DNA of 64,000 nt from an uncultured bacterium (lineage in GTDB: Bacteria > Patescibacteriota > Patescibacteriia > SG8-24 > DYFX01): assembly GCA_937900255.1 (NCBI GenBank), contig CALCDZ010000003.1, positions 191,149-255,148 on the forward strand, written 5' to 3'. The notes under the pieces were generated by a model that saw nothing but the letters and a program-made list of their open reading frames with translations, did no database searches and was not told where the DNA came from. The stretch's first letter is position 1; every line of letters begins with the position of its first letter. Both the position numbers and the translations under genes were made by a program. Positions 30,616 through 40,201 of the stretch are shown here, piece after piece.

Positions 30616-32205
30616 ATGGCGCATCATCAGAGCATCAACGCCTCGGAACCGCCGGTCGTCAGGGTGCATTACGCCTTCGGCGACTTCCATCTCGGCCAAG
30701 GACGTCGAGAGGACGGCACTTGGCATCCGATGGAAGATTTCAGGAGCGATCGGGAATTCCTCCTGATGCTTCGTCGTATCCACGAGACGCAACCGTCGAA
30801 CGTGGCCATCGTCCTGCACGCCAACGGGGACGTCTTCGACTTCATGGCCGTGCCGCACCGGGGTTCCTATCTGGCGGTCCCGACCGTCGAAGCGGCGCTC
30901 GGGGAGTTCCGGACGATCGCCGACGGGCATCCGGAGTTCTTCGAGGCGTTGCGTTGGTTCATGCAGGCGCGCCCGCTCGCCGAGCTCTCCTTCACGATCG
31001 GCAACCACGATCAGGACATGGCCTGGCCGGAACTCCAGGACGCCTTCCGCGCCCTGGTCGTCCCGCCTGACCAGCCGCAGCGCGTGCGTTTCGTGCGCGA
31101 GGAGCGCGTCGGAGCGGCCGTGATCCTGCATGGAGACCGCTTCGATCCGCTCAACGCGATCCCGTCCGAGGAAGAGATGTTCATCACGGACAAGAAGGGC
31201 GGCGGCATCCTGCCGTTCGCTTTCCTGGCCGTGCTCCTGACCCATGGCGCGCTCCTGGCGATCTTCAGGACCCCGCGGCTTCTCCTTTCGCCGGGCAACG
31301 TCGCGCTCGGACTGCTCGAGTTCCTCGCGGCGATGATCATCGTCGGTTGGGCTTGGGGCAAGCTGTATTTCTGGAAATGGGGCAAGGCGCAGCGGTTCAT
31401 GAACTATCCGCTGCCTTACTACATGAACGCGGGCCTGACGATGACCCTCAAGCGCCTGTTCATGCCGGACATCGGCCGGATGCAGGATCACGGCGCCGTC
31501 TGGATCTCGACGCTCGCGCGCTCGCCGTATTGGGCGCCGATCATCTGGATCTACCTGGCCTCGGACGTCCTGTTCCACATGTATTTCGTCGATCTCCTGA
31601 GCGTCCGCCGGAAGACGAGCCTTCGGACGGTGTGGGCGCTCTTGGCCAGCACGATGCACGCCGACCGCATCGATAAGGAACTGGACCGCTATGCCAAGGC
31701 CAATCCTGACGTGAAATACGTCGTGGCCGGCCATACGCACGTGCTGGGCGTGAAGAACGTCAACGTGGCCGACCGGCTCATGACCTACCTGAATCCAGGT
31801 ACTTGGATCGAGCAGCGCGACATGATCCTGCCGTCCGTGGAGACGCGTACGCCGTTCCCGAGGATCGAAGCCTTCTGCCGCCGGATCATCCTCACCTTCC
31901 GGCGCGCGCCCTGGATGTCGATGGCCGTCGTCCTTGTCCACATCTGCTTCGCCTCGTTCCCGATCCTGTGCGACCTGGCGTTCGGATGGTCGTTCGGGTT
32001 CCTGAAGTGGCTTCTTCCCGCGCTCTCCTTCTTTCTCCTGGCATGGCGCCTCTCGTACACGGAGTACAAGGGGCGGCCGTTCACCAAGCTGGCCGTCGTC
32101 CGGCTGGACGAGGCCGCCGACGGTGAGGTTAAGGCTTCGCTCGATTGCTACTTGCCTCCGTCGGCAGGGGAGGGCGGATACGGGCGGTTCGAAAACGCGC
32201 TGTAG
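30616..32205 (+). CDS. calcineurin-like metallophosphoesterase with inserted TM helices
   Basis: GDFHLG, NGDVFD, GNHD, LHGD, AGHTH; GGAGG SD. Confidence 0.8.
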   Translation: MAHHQSINASEPPVVRVHYAFGDFHLGQGRREDGTWHPMEDFRSDREFLLMLRRIHETQPSNVAIVLHANGDVFDFMAVPHRGSYLAVPTVEAALGEFRTIADGHPEFFEALRWFMQARPLAELSFTIGNHDQDMAWPELQDAFRALVVPPDQPQRVRFVREERVGAAVILHGDRFDPLNAIPSEEEMFITDKKGGGILPFAFLAVLLTHGALLAIFRTPRLLLSPGNVALGLLEFLAAMIIVGWAWGKLYFWKWGKAQRFMNYPLPYYMNAGLTMTLKRLFMPDIGRMQDHGAVWISTLARSPYWAPIIWIYLASDVLFHMYFVDLLSVRRKTSLRTVWALLASTMHADRIDKELDRYAKANPDVKYVVAGHTHVLGVKNVNVADRLMTYLNPGTWIEQRDMILPSVETRTPFPRIEAFCRRIILTFRRAPWMSMAVVLVHICFASFPILCDLAFGWSFGFLKWLLPALSFFLLAWRLSYTEYKGRPFTKLAVVRLDEAADGEVKASLDCYLPPSAGEGGYGRFENAL

Positions 32206-32211
32206 GCGCAG

Positions 32212-32235
32212 ACAGGGGATCCCCCCTGTTTTTTC
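32212..32235 (+). terminator. intrinsic terminator
   Basis: acagggg-atcc-cccctgt plus T-run. Confidence 0.7.
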
Positions 32236-32276
32236 TTCTTGATTTTCCGGGCGGCAAGGCGTACGATTCCCGCACT

Positions 32277-32846
32277 ATGCCATCAGAAGATCTGCTCGAT
32301 CGGCTCAAGCGCGAACACGAGACGTTCGATGCCGCGCGGCGGGAGATCATCGCGCTTGCGGCGAAAGCGCAGAACGCCGCCAAGCGGGCGATTTTCGCCG
32401 TCCAGCGCGATGACGAGTCAGGCGCCAAGCTCCTGCTCACCGAGGCCGACCAAGCCTTTGAAGCGATCGGGGAAAAGGCTTCCGTGAACGCCCGGCTCGC
32501 GCACGAGGGTTCATATCGCGCGGCGCTGGAAGAGTATGCCGAGGCGCGTTTCGTCGCGCAGCTCGCCTGGAACCGCGGCCTGACGCCGATCGAAGGCATG
32601 GATGAAGAGACCCAGATCGCGGGACTTTGCGACGCCGTCGGGGAAGCCGTCCGACTGATGGTCACCCGCGTCACCGCCAAGCGCGACGCGGAAGCCGGCG
32701 AGATCAAGAAACGTCTCGACGCCCTGATGCCAGGTCTCGACGCCATGGATTATTCCGGCTACCTCCGCACCAAATACGACCAGGCGCGCGGCCACTACCG
32801 TCGGGCTGAAGACGTGATGTACGAGCTTTCCCTCCGTGGCCGCTGA
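32277..32846 (+). CDS. translin/TRAX (C3PO) family protein
   Basis: All-helical; RREII..A....AKRAIF, LEEYAEA, GLCDAVGEAVR, LRTKYD motifs. Confidence 0.8.
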   Translation: MPSEDLLDRLKREHETFDAARREIIALAAKAQNAAKRAIFAVQRDDESGAKLLLTEADQAFEAIGEKASVNARLAHEGSYRAALEEYAEARFVAQLAWNRGLTPIEGMDEETQIAGLCDAVGEAVRLMVTRVTAKRDAEAGEIKKRLDALMPGLDAMDYSGYLRTKYDQARGHYRRAEDVMYELSLRGR

Positions 32847-32865
32847 AACGGCGGAGAGTCACCGT

Positions 32866-34296
32866 ATGCTCCCGGATTTCAAAGGCCTCCGCGTGACCGT
32901 CATGGGCTTGGGGCTCAACCAAGGCGGTTTGGGCGTGTCGAAATGGTTGCTGCGGCAAGGCGCGAGGCTGACGGTCACGGACCTCAAGGACCGCCGCGCC
33001 CTCAAGACGTCGATCGACGCTTTGGAAGCGTTCCGTAAGGCGCTCGGTCGGAATGCTCGTCCGGTCCGCTACGTGCTCGGTCGGCATCGTGACGAGGATT
33101 TCCGGGACACGGGCATGATCATCCGGAACCCGGGCGTCCCGCGCGGTTCGAAGTATCTGGAGATCGCGCGACAGGCGGGCGTGCCGGTGGAATCGGACAT
33201 GTCGATCTTCTTCGGCCTCTGCACGCATCCGATCATCGGCGTGTCCGGCACCAAGGGCAAGACGACCGTCACGGCCTTGATCGGCGCGATGCTCGAAGCG
33301 GCGTTCGGCAGGACGCTCGTGGCCGGCAACATCCGCACCTCGCCGCTCGGCTCGCCCGCGATGACCTCGAAGAAGGCCGTACCGATCGTCCTCGAACTCT
33401 CGTCCTGGCAGCTGGAAGGCCTCGCGCATGCCAAGCGCAGTCCGGACATCGCCGTGCTGACCAACGTCCTGCCGGATCACCTGAACCGGTATGACGGCAT
33501 GGAGGAGTATGCCGCCGCCAAGGAGCTGATCTACGCTTGGCAGCTCCCGACCGACATCGCCATCGTCCCGCTCGATAACGCATATACGAGGAAGATGGGC
33601 GCGCGCGTCCGCGGCGAGCGTTTTTGGGCTTCGATGAAAACCGTCTCGGACGGGCAGAATGGCCTGTACTATCGCGGCAAGAAGGCGATCTTGCGCACCC
33701 AAGGGATCGAGACGGTCCTGTTCGATGTTTCTGACGTCCGATTGCCCGGAGAACATAACGCCTGGAACGCGCTCCTCGCCGCCGGGGCATCGTACCTGCG
33801 CGGCGCTCAGCCCCAGGCGATCCGTAAGGCCCTCCGCGCCTTCAAGGGTGTCCCGCATCGCCTCGAGCGCGTGCGCGATCTGCGCGGCGTCAGCTATTGG
33901 AACGACACCGCCGCCACCATGCCGGAAGCCTCGATTGCCGCAATGGAAACCATTTTCGGGAAAAAGAAAGGCGTGCTCATCGCCGGCGGGGCCGACAAGG
34001 AGCTGGAGTTCGGCGCGTGGGCGCAGGCCGTCAAACGGCGCGCGAAAGACGTCATCCTGTTCGAAGGCACGGCCACGCCCAAGATGGCTGCGGCGCTTTC
34101 CGCCGCCGGCGTCCGCGTCGGGGAAACCGTCCGCTCGATGCGCGAAGCCATGGTTCATGCCGCACGCGCCGCCAAGAAAGGCGAGGCCGTGCTGCTCTCG
34201 CCCGGCTGCGCCTCCTTCGGCCTCTTCATCAACGAGTTCGACCGCGGCGATCAGTTCCGGAGCGAGGTACGGAGGCTGAGGAGAGCGCGATTTTAA
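32866..34296 (+). CDS. murD: UDP-N-acetylmuramoylalanine--D-glutamate ligase
   Basis: GLGLNQGG, NPGVP, GTKGKTT, LELSSWQL, DHLNRY, HRLE, LLSPGCASF. Confidence 0.95.
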   Translation: MLPDFKGLRVTVMGLGLNQGGLGVSKWLLRQGARLTVTDLKDRRALKTSIDALEAFRKALGRNARPVRYVLGRHRDEDFRDTGMIIRNPGVPRGSKYLEIARQAGVPVESDMSIFFGLCTHPIIGVSGTKGKTTVTALIGAMLEAAFGRTLVAGNIRTSPLGSPAMTSKKAVPIVLELSSWQLEGLAHAKRSPDIAVLTNVLPDHLNRYDGMEEYAAAKELIYAWQLPTDIAIVPLDNAYTRKMGARVRGERFWASMKTVSDGQNGLYYRGKKAILRTQGIETVLFDVSDVRLPGEHNAWNALLAAGASYLRGAQPQAIRKALRAFKGVPHRLERVRDLRGVSYWNDTAATMPEASIAAMETIFGKKKGVLIAGGADKELEFGAWAQAVKRRAKDVILFEGTATPKMAAALSAAGVRVGETVRSMREAMVHAARAAKKGEAVLLSPGCASFGLFINEFDRGDQFRSEVRRLRRARF

Positions 34297-34477
34297 CTTT
34301 CACGATCGCCGTCAGGACGAGCAGCGAAGCCGCAAGGACGATACCCAGCGCTGAGAGCGCCTCGCCGAGTTCTCCTGGCGCATTGATGTTCTTCTCGTTC
34401 GAAAGGAGATACGCGCTCACCAGGCCGAAAGTGCCGATGGCTGAAAGCCAGATCGCCGCGAGGATTTTCATGGGCAT
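34229..34477 (-). CDS. possible small 2-TM membrane protein (overlaps the murD 3' end)
   Basis: Two hydrophobic segments; convergent overlap lowers confidence. Confidence 0.4.
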   Translation of the reverse strand: MPMKILAAIWLSAIGTFGLVSAYLLSNEKNINAPGELGEALSALGIVLAASLLVLTAIVKVKIALSSASVPRSGTDRRGRTR

Positions 34478-34672
34478 GAGCGGTGAATGATTCGACCAGG
34501 TTTCAATGATAACGGGAAAGCGAAAATTTTTGAATGGCTTTTCCATATGCGGGCTTACGGGTTGGGCATGGATACAAGCCTATTGCACCGGCCTGCCGCG
34601 TCATGTACTCTGCGTACAGTCTTGGGAATCGGATAGCTGAAACGGCAGTTCTTTATCACGAAGGGGAAAGAC

Positions 34673-35143
34673 ATGGAGCCCACGGCTTACCAGATGAACC
34701 TGTTCATCAAGGCGCTCGTCCTGCGCGTCCTACGCGAGAAAGGGCCGATGTCCGGCGAGGTACTCGCCGCTCGCGTCGAGGAGCGGTGCTCGGCGGTTGG
34801 CGCACAGCTTCCCGGTCTCGATTTCGTGGGGTGGGCAGGGACGACGATATGGGGGCTCCTCGGGAATTTTGAAGAGTGCGACTATCTGGAGTGCTCCTCC
34901 CCGCCGCCGATGGACGCCGCCGCGTGGCAGACCGCCCATATCGCTTTGACCTCGCGCGGCGAGGAGTTTCTCCTGGCGGCGGAACGGGAGCTCGGCTCCT
35001 TTTCCGATCCTTCGCGCGGCACGTCGGCCGATGTTCAGACGGTGCTCTCTTCTCCGCTGCCGCGGGTGCCACCGCTTGAGCACCCACTCCCGCTCGACGC
35101 TCACTCGGTCGAAGAAGGGCGGCGGCTCGGCTATTGCCGATAG
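34673..35143 (+). CDS. winged-helix (PadR-like) protein
   Basis: LVLRVLREKGPMSG..L, GTTIWGLL..FEE..YL, IALTSRGEEFL resemble the PadR wHTH. Confidence 0.6.
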   Translation: MEPTAYQMNLFIKALVLRVLREKGPMSGEVLAARVEERCSAVGAQLPGLDFVGWAGTTIWGLLGNFEECDYLECSSPPPMDAAAWQTAHIALTSRGEEFLLAAERELGSFSDPSRGTSADVQTVLSSPLPRVPPLEHPLPLDAHSVEEGRRLGYCR

Positions 35144-35265
35144 GTGCTGCGGGGCGCTCAGGCGCCTTTTTTCTTCGGCATCTTGACATGCTTCGGGAGT
35201 CATGATGCCATGGGCGCGCTCGGTACGTTTCGTATCCATTGGATTCACGGAAGGGAAGGTCATTC

Positions 35266-35568
35266 ATGAGACGGGAAAGAAAGACGACAGGGGTCGCCCC
35301 GCTGACGCCGCGCGAACAGCAGGTGTTCATCCGGTTGGCGCAGGGCCTGCCCAATCAGGAGATCGCGGACGAACTCGGGATCAGCGTCAAGACCGTCGAT
35401 ACGCATCGCGGCCATGTGCTGGACAAGCTCGACCTTCGTCACAACGGCGACCTCACCTGGTTCGCTCTCCGGTGCGGTTATCTCACGCTTGAGGAACGGG
35501 ACGTGGTGCCTGACAGGGGCTTGGCTCGCGCCGACGACCCTCCGTTCGTCCCTGCGGCTGGACCGTAG
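35266..35568 (+). CDS. stand-alone LuxR/GerE HTH regulator
   Basis: LTPREQQV..LAQGLPNQEIADELGISVKTVDTHR..VLDKL. Confidence 0.88.
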   Translation: MRRERKTTGVAPLTPREQQVFIRLAQGLPNQEIADELGISVKTVDTHRGHVLDKLDLRHNGDLTWFALRCGYLTLEERDVVPDRGLARADDPPFVPAAGP

Positions 35569-35702
35569 ATCTTCGCACGCGCTTTCCGGCGGTGCGTTTT
35601 TGTTTTCCTGATCCGGGTCTTGGAGAGGCTTGACATCCAAGGGTTTCCGTGTTGAGATGCTGCGTCATCCGTCCGCATGAACCAGAGCCAAGGAGGCAGA
35701 CG

Positions 35703-36422
35703 ATGACGAACATGGACGGTCTTTCTTCCGCTGAACGGGATGCTCTCAAGGCCCGCGCTGACGCCTGGTACGACACCTACGCCGCCTCGCTGCGGCGCAT
35801 CGCGGACGATCCGCGCGCCACGCTGGAACGGCTCATCGACGTCGTGTGGCGGGAGGGTATCCTTGAGCATGTCTCTCCCTTGAAGGACGACGTGCGTGAG
35901 GCTCGCCGCGCCCTCGGAAGGACGCTTTGGCGAGAGCGGAACGACCCGGTCCTGTACTGGAGGATCCAGTACGCGATGGAGCATCTGCGTTCGACGGTCG
36001 GTCATACCATGACGATCGGATCCCATGCGACGGCGATCGTCGAGCTCTGCAGGGCGATGGGCGGGCAGGAAAGGGAACGGCTCGTCTCGCTCTTCCCGAA
36101 GCTCAAGCATCATCCGAGCTGGCCGTGGTACGCGCACGCCTGCACCCTGCTGGGTGAACGCGCGCGCGGAGAGCTCCGTGCGCGGGGCATGACACCCCAC
36201 GACCCGGCCCTTTCGAAGGGTTCGATCGGCCGCTTCAAGGATATCCCATGCATGATCGATCGGATCGTCGACGATGGCACCTTTTACATGAGGGCCGTCG
36301 ATCGCCGGGATACGGTGCGGTTCATGGACCTCGTGGAGTCGCTCCGGACGGACGAGCGGTCATTCTGTCTCTGTCCGAGCCGTCTCGACGCGCGTCTGTT
36401 CGAGAAAAAGGACAAGCGCTGA
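35703..36422 (+). CDS. hypothetical protein
   Basis: AGGAGG SD, own promoter and terminator; no recognised motif. Confidence 0.65.
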   Translation: MTNMDGLSSAERDALKARADAWYDTYAASLRRIADDPRATLERLIDVVWREGILEHVSPLKDDVREARRALGRTLWRERNDPVLYWRIQYAMEHLRSTVGHTMTIGSHATAIVELCRAMGGQERERLVSLFPKLKHHPSWPWYAHACTLLGERARGELRARGMTPHDPALSKGSIGRFKDIPCMIDRIVDDGTFYMRAVDRRDTVRFMDLVESLRTDERSFCLCPSRLDARLFEKKDKR

Positions 36423-36425
36423 TTC

Positions 36426-36452
36426 CGCATCCGGCTCCGGATGCGTTTTTTT
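36426..36452 (+). terminator. intrinsic terminator
   Basis: cgcatccgg-ct-ccggatgcg plus T7. Confidence 0.75.
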
Positions 36453-36474
36453 GTCCGTATGCTATCCTGGGCCC

Positions 36475-37851
36475 ATGTTTTCCTCCATCAAGAAATTCGT
36501 CCCCAAGCCGCTCTTGCGCGGCTATCACTGGGCGCTGGCGCATCTCGCCGCCGCCTGGTATGCCTGGCCTTCGCGCCGGCTGATCGTCATCGGCGTGACG
36601 GGCACGAACGGCAAGACGACCGTCGTGAACCTGATCGCCCGCATCCTGGAAGAAGCGGGGGAGAAGGTCGGCCTGACGTCGACCGTCAATTTCCGCATCG
36701 CGGGCGAGGACGTCCTGAACGACATGAAGATGACGATGCCCGGGCGCTTCTTCCTGCAGAAGACGCTGCATCGCATGGTCGAAGCCGGCTGCCGTTATGC
36801 CGTCATCGAGACGTCGTCCCAAGGGCTCGACCAGTACCGCCACCTCGGGATCGAATACGACGTGGCCGTCTTCACCAACCTTACGCCGGAGCACATCGAG
36901 GCGCACGGCGGCTTCGCCAACTACAAGAACGCCAAGCTGAAGCTCTTCCGCCACCTGACCAAGCACAAGCGCAAGACGCTGCCGATGCGCGGCGGCGTCA
37001 AGAAAGTCATCGTGGCCAATCTCGAATCGGAACACGCCTGGGATTTCCTGGACGCGCAAGCCGACAAGAAATACGGATTCCTGGCGGAGAGTTCCGACAA
37101 GCCGGCCGGGACCGTCACTTGGCCGATGGCCGTGGTGAAGGGGTTGCAGGTGGATCTGAAGCCGGAAGGATCCAGCTTTTCCGTGCGCGACGCCCGCTTC
37201 GATCTCAAGATGCCGGGGCGCTATAACGTGCTGAACGCGCTCGCCGCCATTTCGGTCGGCTTGTCGCAGGGGCTGCAGCTCGACGTGATGGTGAAGGCCT
37301 TGGCCAAGATCGACAACGTTCCGGGACGCTTCGAACGGATCGACGAAGGGCAGGATTTTTCGGTCATCGTCGACTACGCGCCGGAGCCGGAATCGGTCAG
37401 ACAGGTCTATGCCGCCGTGGAGCGGATGCCGCATGCTCGCATCATCCACGTCCTCGGTTCGGCCGGCGGCGGGCGCGACATCGCCCGAAGACCGGTCCTC
37501 GGCCGGTTGGCCGGAGAGAAGGCTGACGTCGTCATCGTCACGAACGAGGATCCGTACGACGACGATCCGCGTCTGATCATCGAGCAGGTGGCCTCCGGCG
37601 CCCTGGAGACGGGCAAGAAGGATGGGGAGACGCTTTTCCGGATCGACGATCGGCGCGAGGCGATCGCCAAGGCTTTCGCCCTGGCGGAACCTCGCGACGT
37701 GGTGCTTCTTACGGGCAAGGGCGCGGAACAAGCGATCGTCGGCCGAGGCGGCAAGCTGCATCCGTGGGATGAGCGCCGTGTGGCGAAAGAGCTCCTGCGG
37801 GAACGTCACGACGGAAGACCACCTACGCTTCCTCCGTCCGTGAACGCGTGA
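36475..37851 (+). CDS. murE: UDP-N-acetylmuramyl-tripeptide synthetase
   Basis: GVTGTNGKTT, IETSSQG, FTNLTPEH, PGRFE, VDYA, NEDPY, GKGAE. Confidence 0.93.
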   Translation: MFSSIKKFVPKPLLRGYHWALAHLAAAWYAWPSRRLIVIGVTGTNGKTTVVNLIARILEEAGEKVGLTSTVNFRIAGEDVLNDMKMTMPGRFFLQKTLHRMVEAGCRYAVIETSSQGLDQYRHLGIEYDVAVFTNLTPEHIEAHGGFANYKNAKLKLFRHLTKHKRKTLPMRGGVKKVIVANLESEHAWDFLDAQADKKYGFLAESSDKPAGTVTWPMAVVKGLQVDLKPEGSSFSVRDARFDLKMPGRYNVLNALAAISVGLSQGLQLDVMVKALAKIDNVPGRFERIDEGQDFSVIVDYAPEPESVRQVYAAVERMPHARIIHVLGSAGGGRDIARRPVLGRLAGEKADVVIVTNEDPYDDDPRLIIEQVASGALETGKKDGETLFRIDDRREAIAKAFALAEPRDVVLLTGKGAEQAIVGRGGKLHPWDERRVAKELLRERHDGRPPTLPPSVNA

Positions 37852-37866
37852 TACCATCGGTACGGT

Positions 37867-38304
37867 ATGCGCAAGAAGAGCGAACACGCGTCACGTCTCT
37901 GGGGCTGGTCGGTCGCGATGCTGGCCGTCCTGGTCGCGGTTTCCGGCGTCGGTTTCACCCGCGAATACCTGAAATCCAGGCAGATCGACGCGGAAATCCG
38001 CTCGCTGAACGAGGAGGCGGGGCGTCTCCAGGTCAGGAACTTCCAAGTCTCCTCGCTGGAGGCTTCCTTGAAGAGCGGCGAGTATCTCGAGCGGGAAGCG
38101 CGGCTGAAGCTCGGGCTGCGCAAGGAAGGGGAGCAGGTCGTCGTCCTCCGGAAGGAGGGCGCGTCCGCGCCGTCTTCGGAATCGTCGCCGGCGGCCCCGG
38201 CGGCGGAACCGGACTGGTCGAATCCGAAGAAATGGCGGGTGATGTTCATCGATCCGAAAGCTTATGAAGCCTATGCCGATTCCCGCCGCGTCGCAGGACG
38301 CTGA
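37867..38304 (+). CDS. septum formation initiator (FtsB/DivIC-like)
   Basis: TM plus coiled coil plus EREARLKLGL.KEGE.V motif. Confidence 0.8.
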   Translation: MRKKSEHASRLWGWSVAMLAVLVAVSGVGFTREYLKSRQIDAEIRSLNEEAGRLQVRNFQVSSLEASLKSGEYLEREARLKLGLRKEGEQVVVLRKEGASAPSSESSPAAPAAEPDWSNPKKWRVMFIDPKAYEAYADSRRVAGR

Positions 38305-39253
38305 ACCAAAAGTCGCCGCGCCATGGTTCGCCCGCCGGCGGACCTGGCTGTTCCTGTTCGTCTTCGGTTCGGCCGCTTCGGCCATCTTCGGTCTCTTCCT
38401 GTATCGGTATCAGTGGCGCGGGGGGGTGGCGGAAATCGTCACCAAGGCGCTGCCGTACCCGGCCGCCATCGTCGAAGGCCGGGTCATCCGTTATTCGGAT
38501 TTCCAGGACGAGCTTTCCGCGCTGCGACGCTTCTACGATGCCGAGCGGGACCGTGCCCCATCCGGGTCCGCCTTCCCTGATGAGGCTGAACTGAAACGCC
38601 GCGTCCTTGACCGGCTCGTCAAGGATACGCTGGCGGAGGCGTTGGCCTCGAGATACGGCATCGTCGTGACGGCCGAAGATGTCGCCGCCAGGTACGACGC
38701 CACGGTCATCGATCAGTCGGCGCTGGCATCTCCGAACGGCAAAGCGAAGGCTGAGGCGCGCGCCGCCGACACGTTGCGGCAGATGTATGGGCTCCGGCCG
38801 TCGCAGTTCAAGACGGATATCCTGCGCCCATCCCTCATCCGTCAAAAGCTCGAGAAGGCCATCCAGGATGATGAGGCTCTGAACGCCGAAAACCGAAAGA
38901 AGGCGGAGAAGGCGCTCTCGGAGCTCAAGTCCGGCAAGGCATTCAAAGACGTGGCATTGGCCTACAGCGAGGCGGCCGACGTCGGCACGACGCTCGGGGA
39001 TCGCGGAGAGATCGGTCGCGGTTTGCTCGCCCCGGAAGTCGAGACTGCCGCGTTCGGTCTCAGTCCCGGGGAGACGAGCGGGGTGGTGAAGAGCCCGTTC
39101 GGCTATCATGTCCTCAGGGTCACCGAGCGCCAGGAGCAGGGGGGCAAGGTCACGAAGGTCCATCTCTACGAGATCCTGGTCCGACCGATCCGGTTGGACG
39201 ACTATCTGGAAGCCCGGAAGAAGACGGCCTCGATCATCCTTTTCATCCATTGA
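38264..39253 (+). CDS. SurA/PrsA-like peptidyl-prolyl isomerase
   Basis: TM anchor; F..VALAYS, GDRG, ETAAF.L, VKSPFGYH parvulin motifs. Confidence 0.85.
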   Translation: MKPMPIPAASQDAEPKVAAPWFARRRTWLFLFVFGSAASAIFGLFLYRYQWRGGVAEIVTKALPYPAAIVEGRVIRYSDFQDELSALRRFYDAERDRAPSGSAFPDEAELKRRVLDRLVKDTLAEALASRYGIVVTAEDVAARYDATVIDQSALASPNGKAKAEARAADTLRQMYGLRPSQFKTDILRPSLIRQKLEKAIQDDEALNAENRKKAEKALSELKSGKAFKDVALAYSEAADVGTTLGDRGEIGRGLLAPEVETAAFGLSPGETSGVVKSPFGYHVLRVTERQEQGGKVTKVHLYEILVRPIRLDDYLEARKKTASIILFIH

Positions 39254-39294
39254 TTTCTCCAGGCATCCGTTGTACCCTTGACGGGCCTGGAAAT

Positions 39295-39368
39295 GCGGGT
39301 ATAGTACATCGGTAGTATGCGACCTTCCCAAGGTCGAGAGACGGGTTCGATTCCCGTTACCCGCTCCA
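39295..39368 (+). tRNA. tRNA-Gly(CCC)
   Basis: gcgggta..cgacc-ttcccaa-ggtcg..ggttcgattccc..tcca. Confidence 0.95.
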
Positions 39369-39369
39369 T

Positions 39370-39445
39370 GCCACCTTAGCTCAGCCGGTAGAGCAGTGCT
39401 TTCGTAAAGCAAAGGTCCGGGGTTCGATTCCCCGAGGTGGCTCCA
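39370..39445 (+). tRNA. tRNA-Thr(CGU)
   Basis: gccacct-tagctcag..ttcgtaa..ggttcgattccc..aggtggctcca; 1 nt after tRNA-Gly. Confidence 0.95.
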
Positions 39446-39448
39446 TGT

Positions 39449-39477
39449 AAAAACACGGCTTCAACGCCGTGTTTTTG
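39449..39477 (+). terminator. terminator of the tRNA pair
   Basis: aaaaacacggc-ttcaac-gccgtgttttt. Confidence 0.8.
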
Positions 39478-39508
39478 CTTCGTCGATTTCCTGCTATACT
39501 GTCAGGGC

Positions 39509-40189
<681 letters not shown>

Positions 40190-40201
40190 CCGCTCCATCC
40201 C

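Noticed and set aside
39370-39445. 27:43 mismatch at the top of the anticodon stem in tRNA-Thr (also in tRNA-Lys)
   Set aside because: Common tolerated variation; both tRNAs are otherwise canonical.
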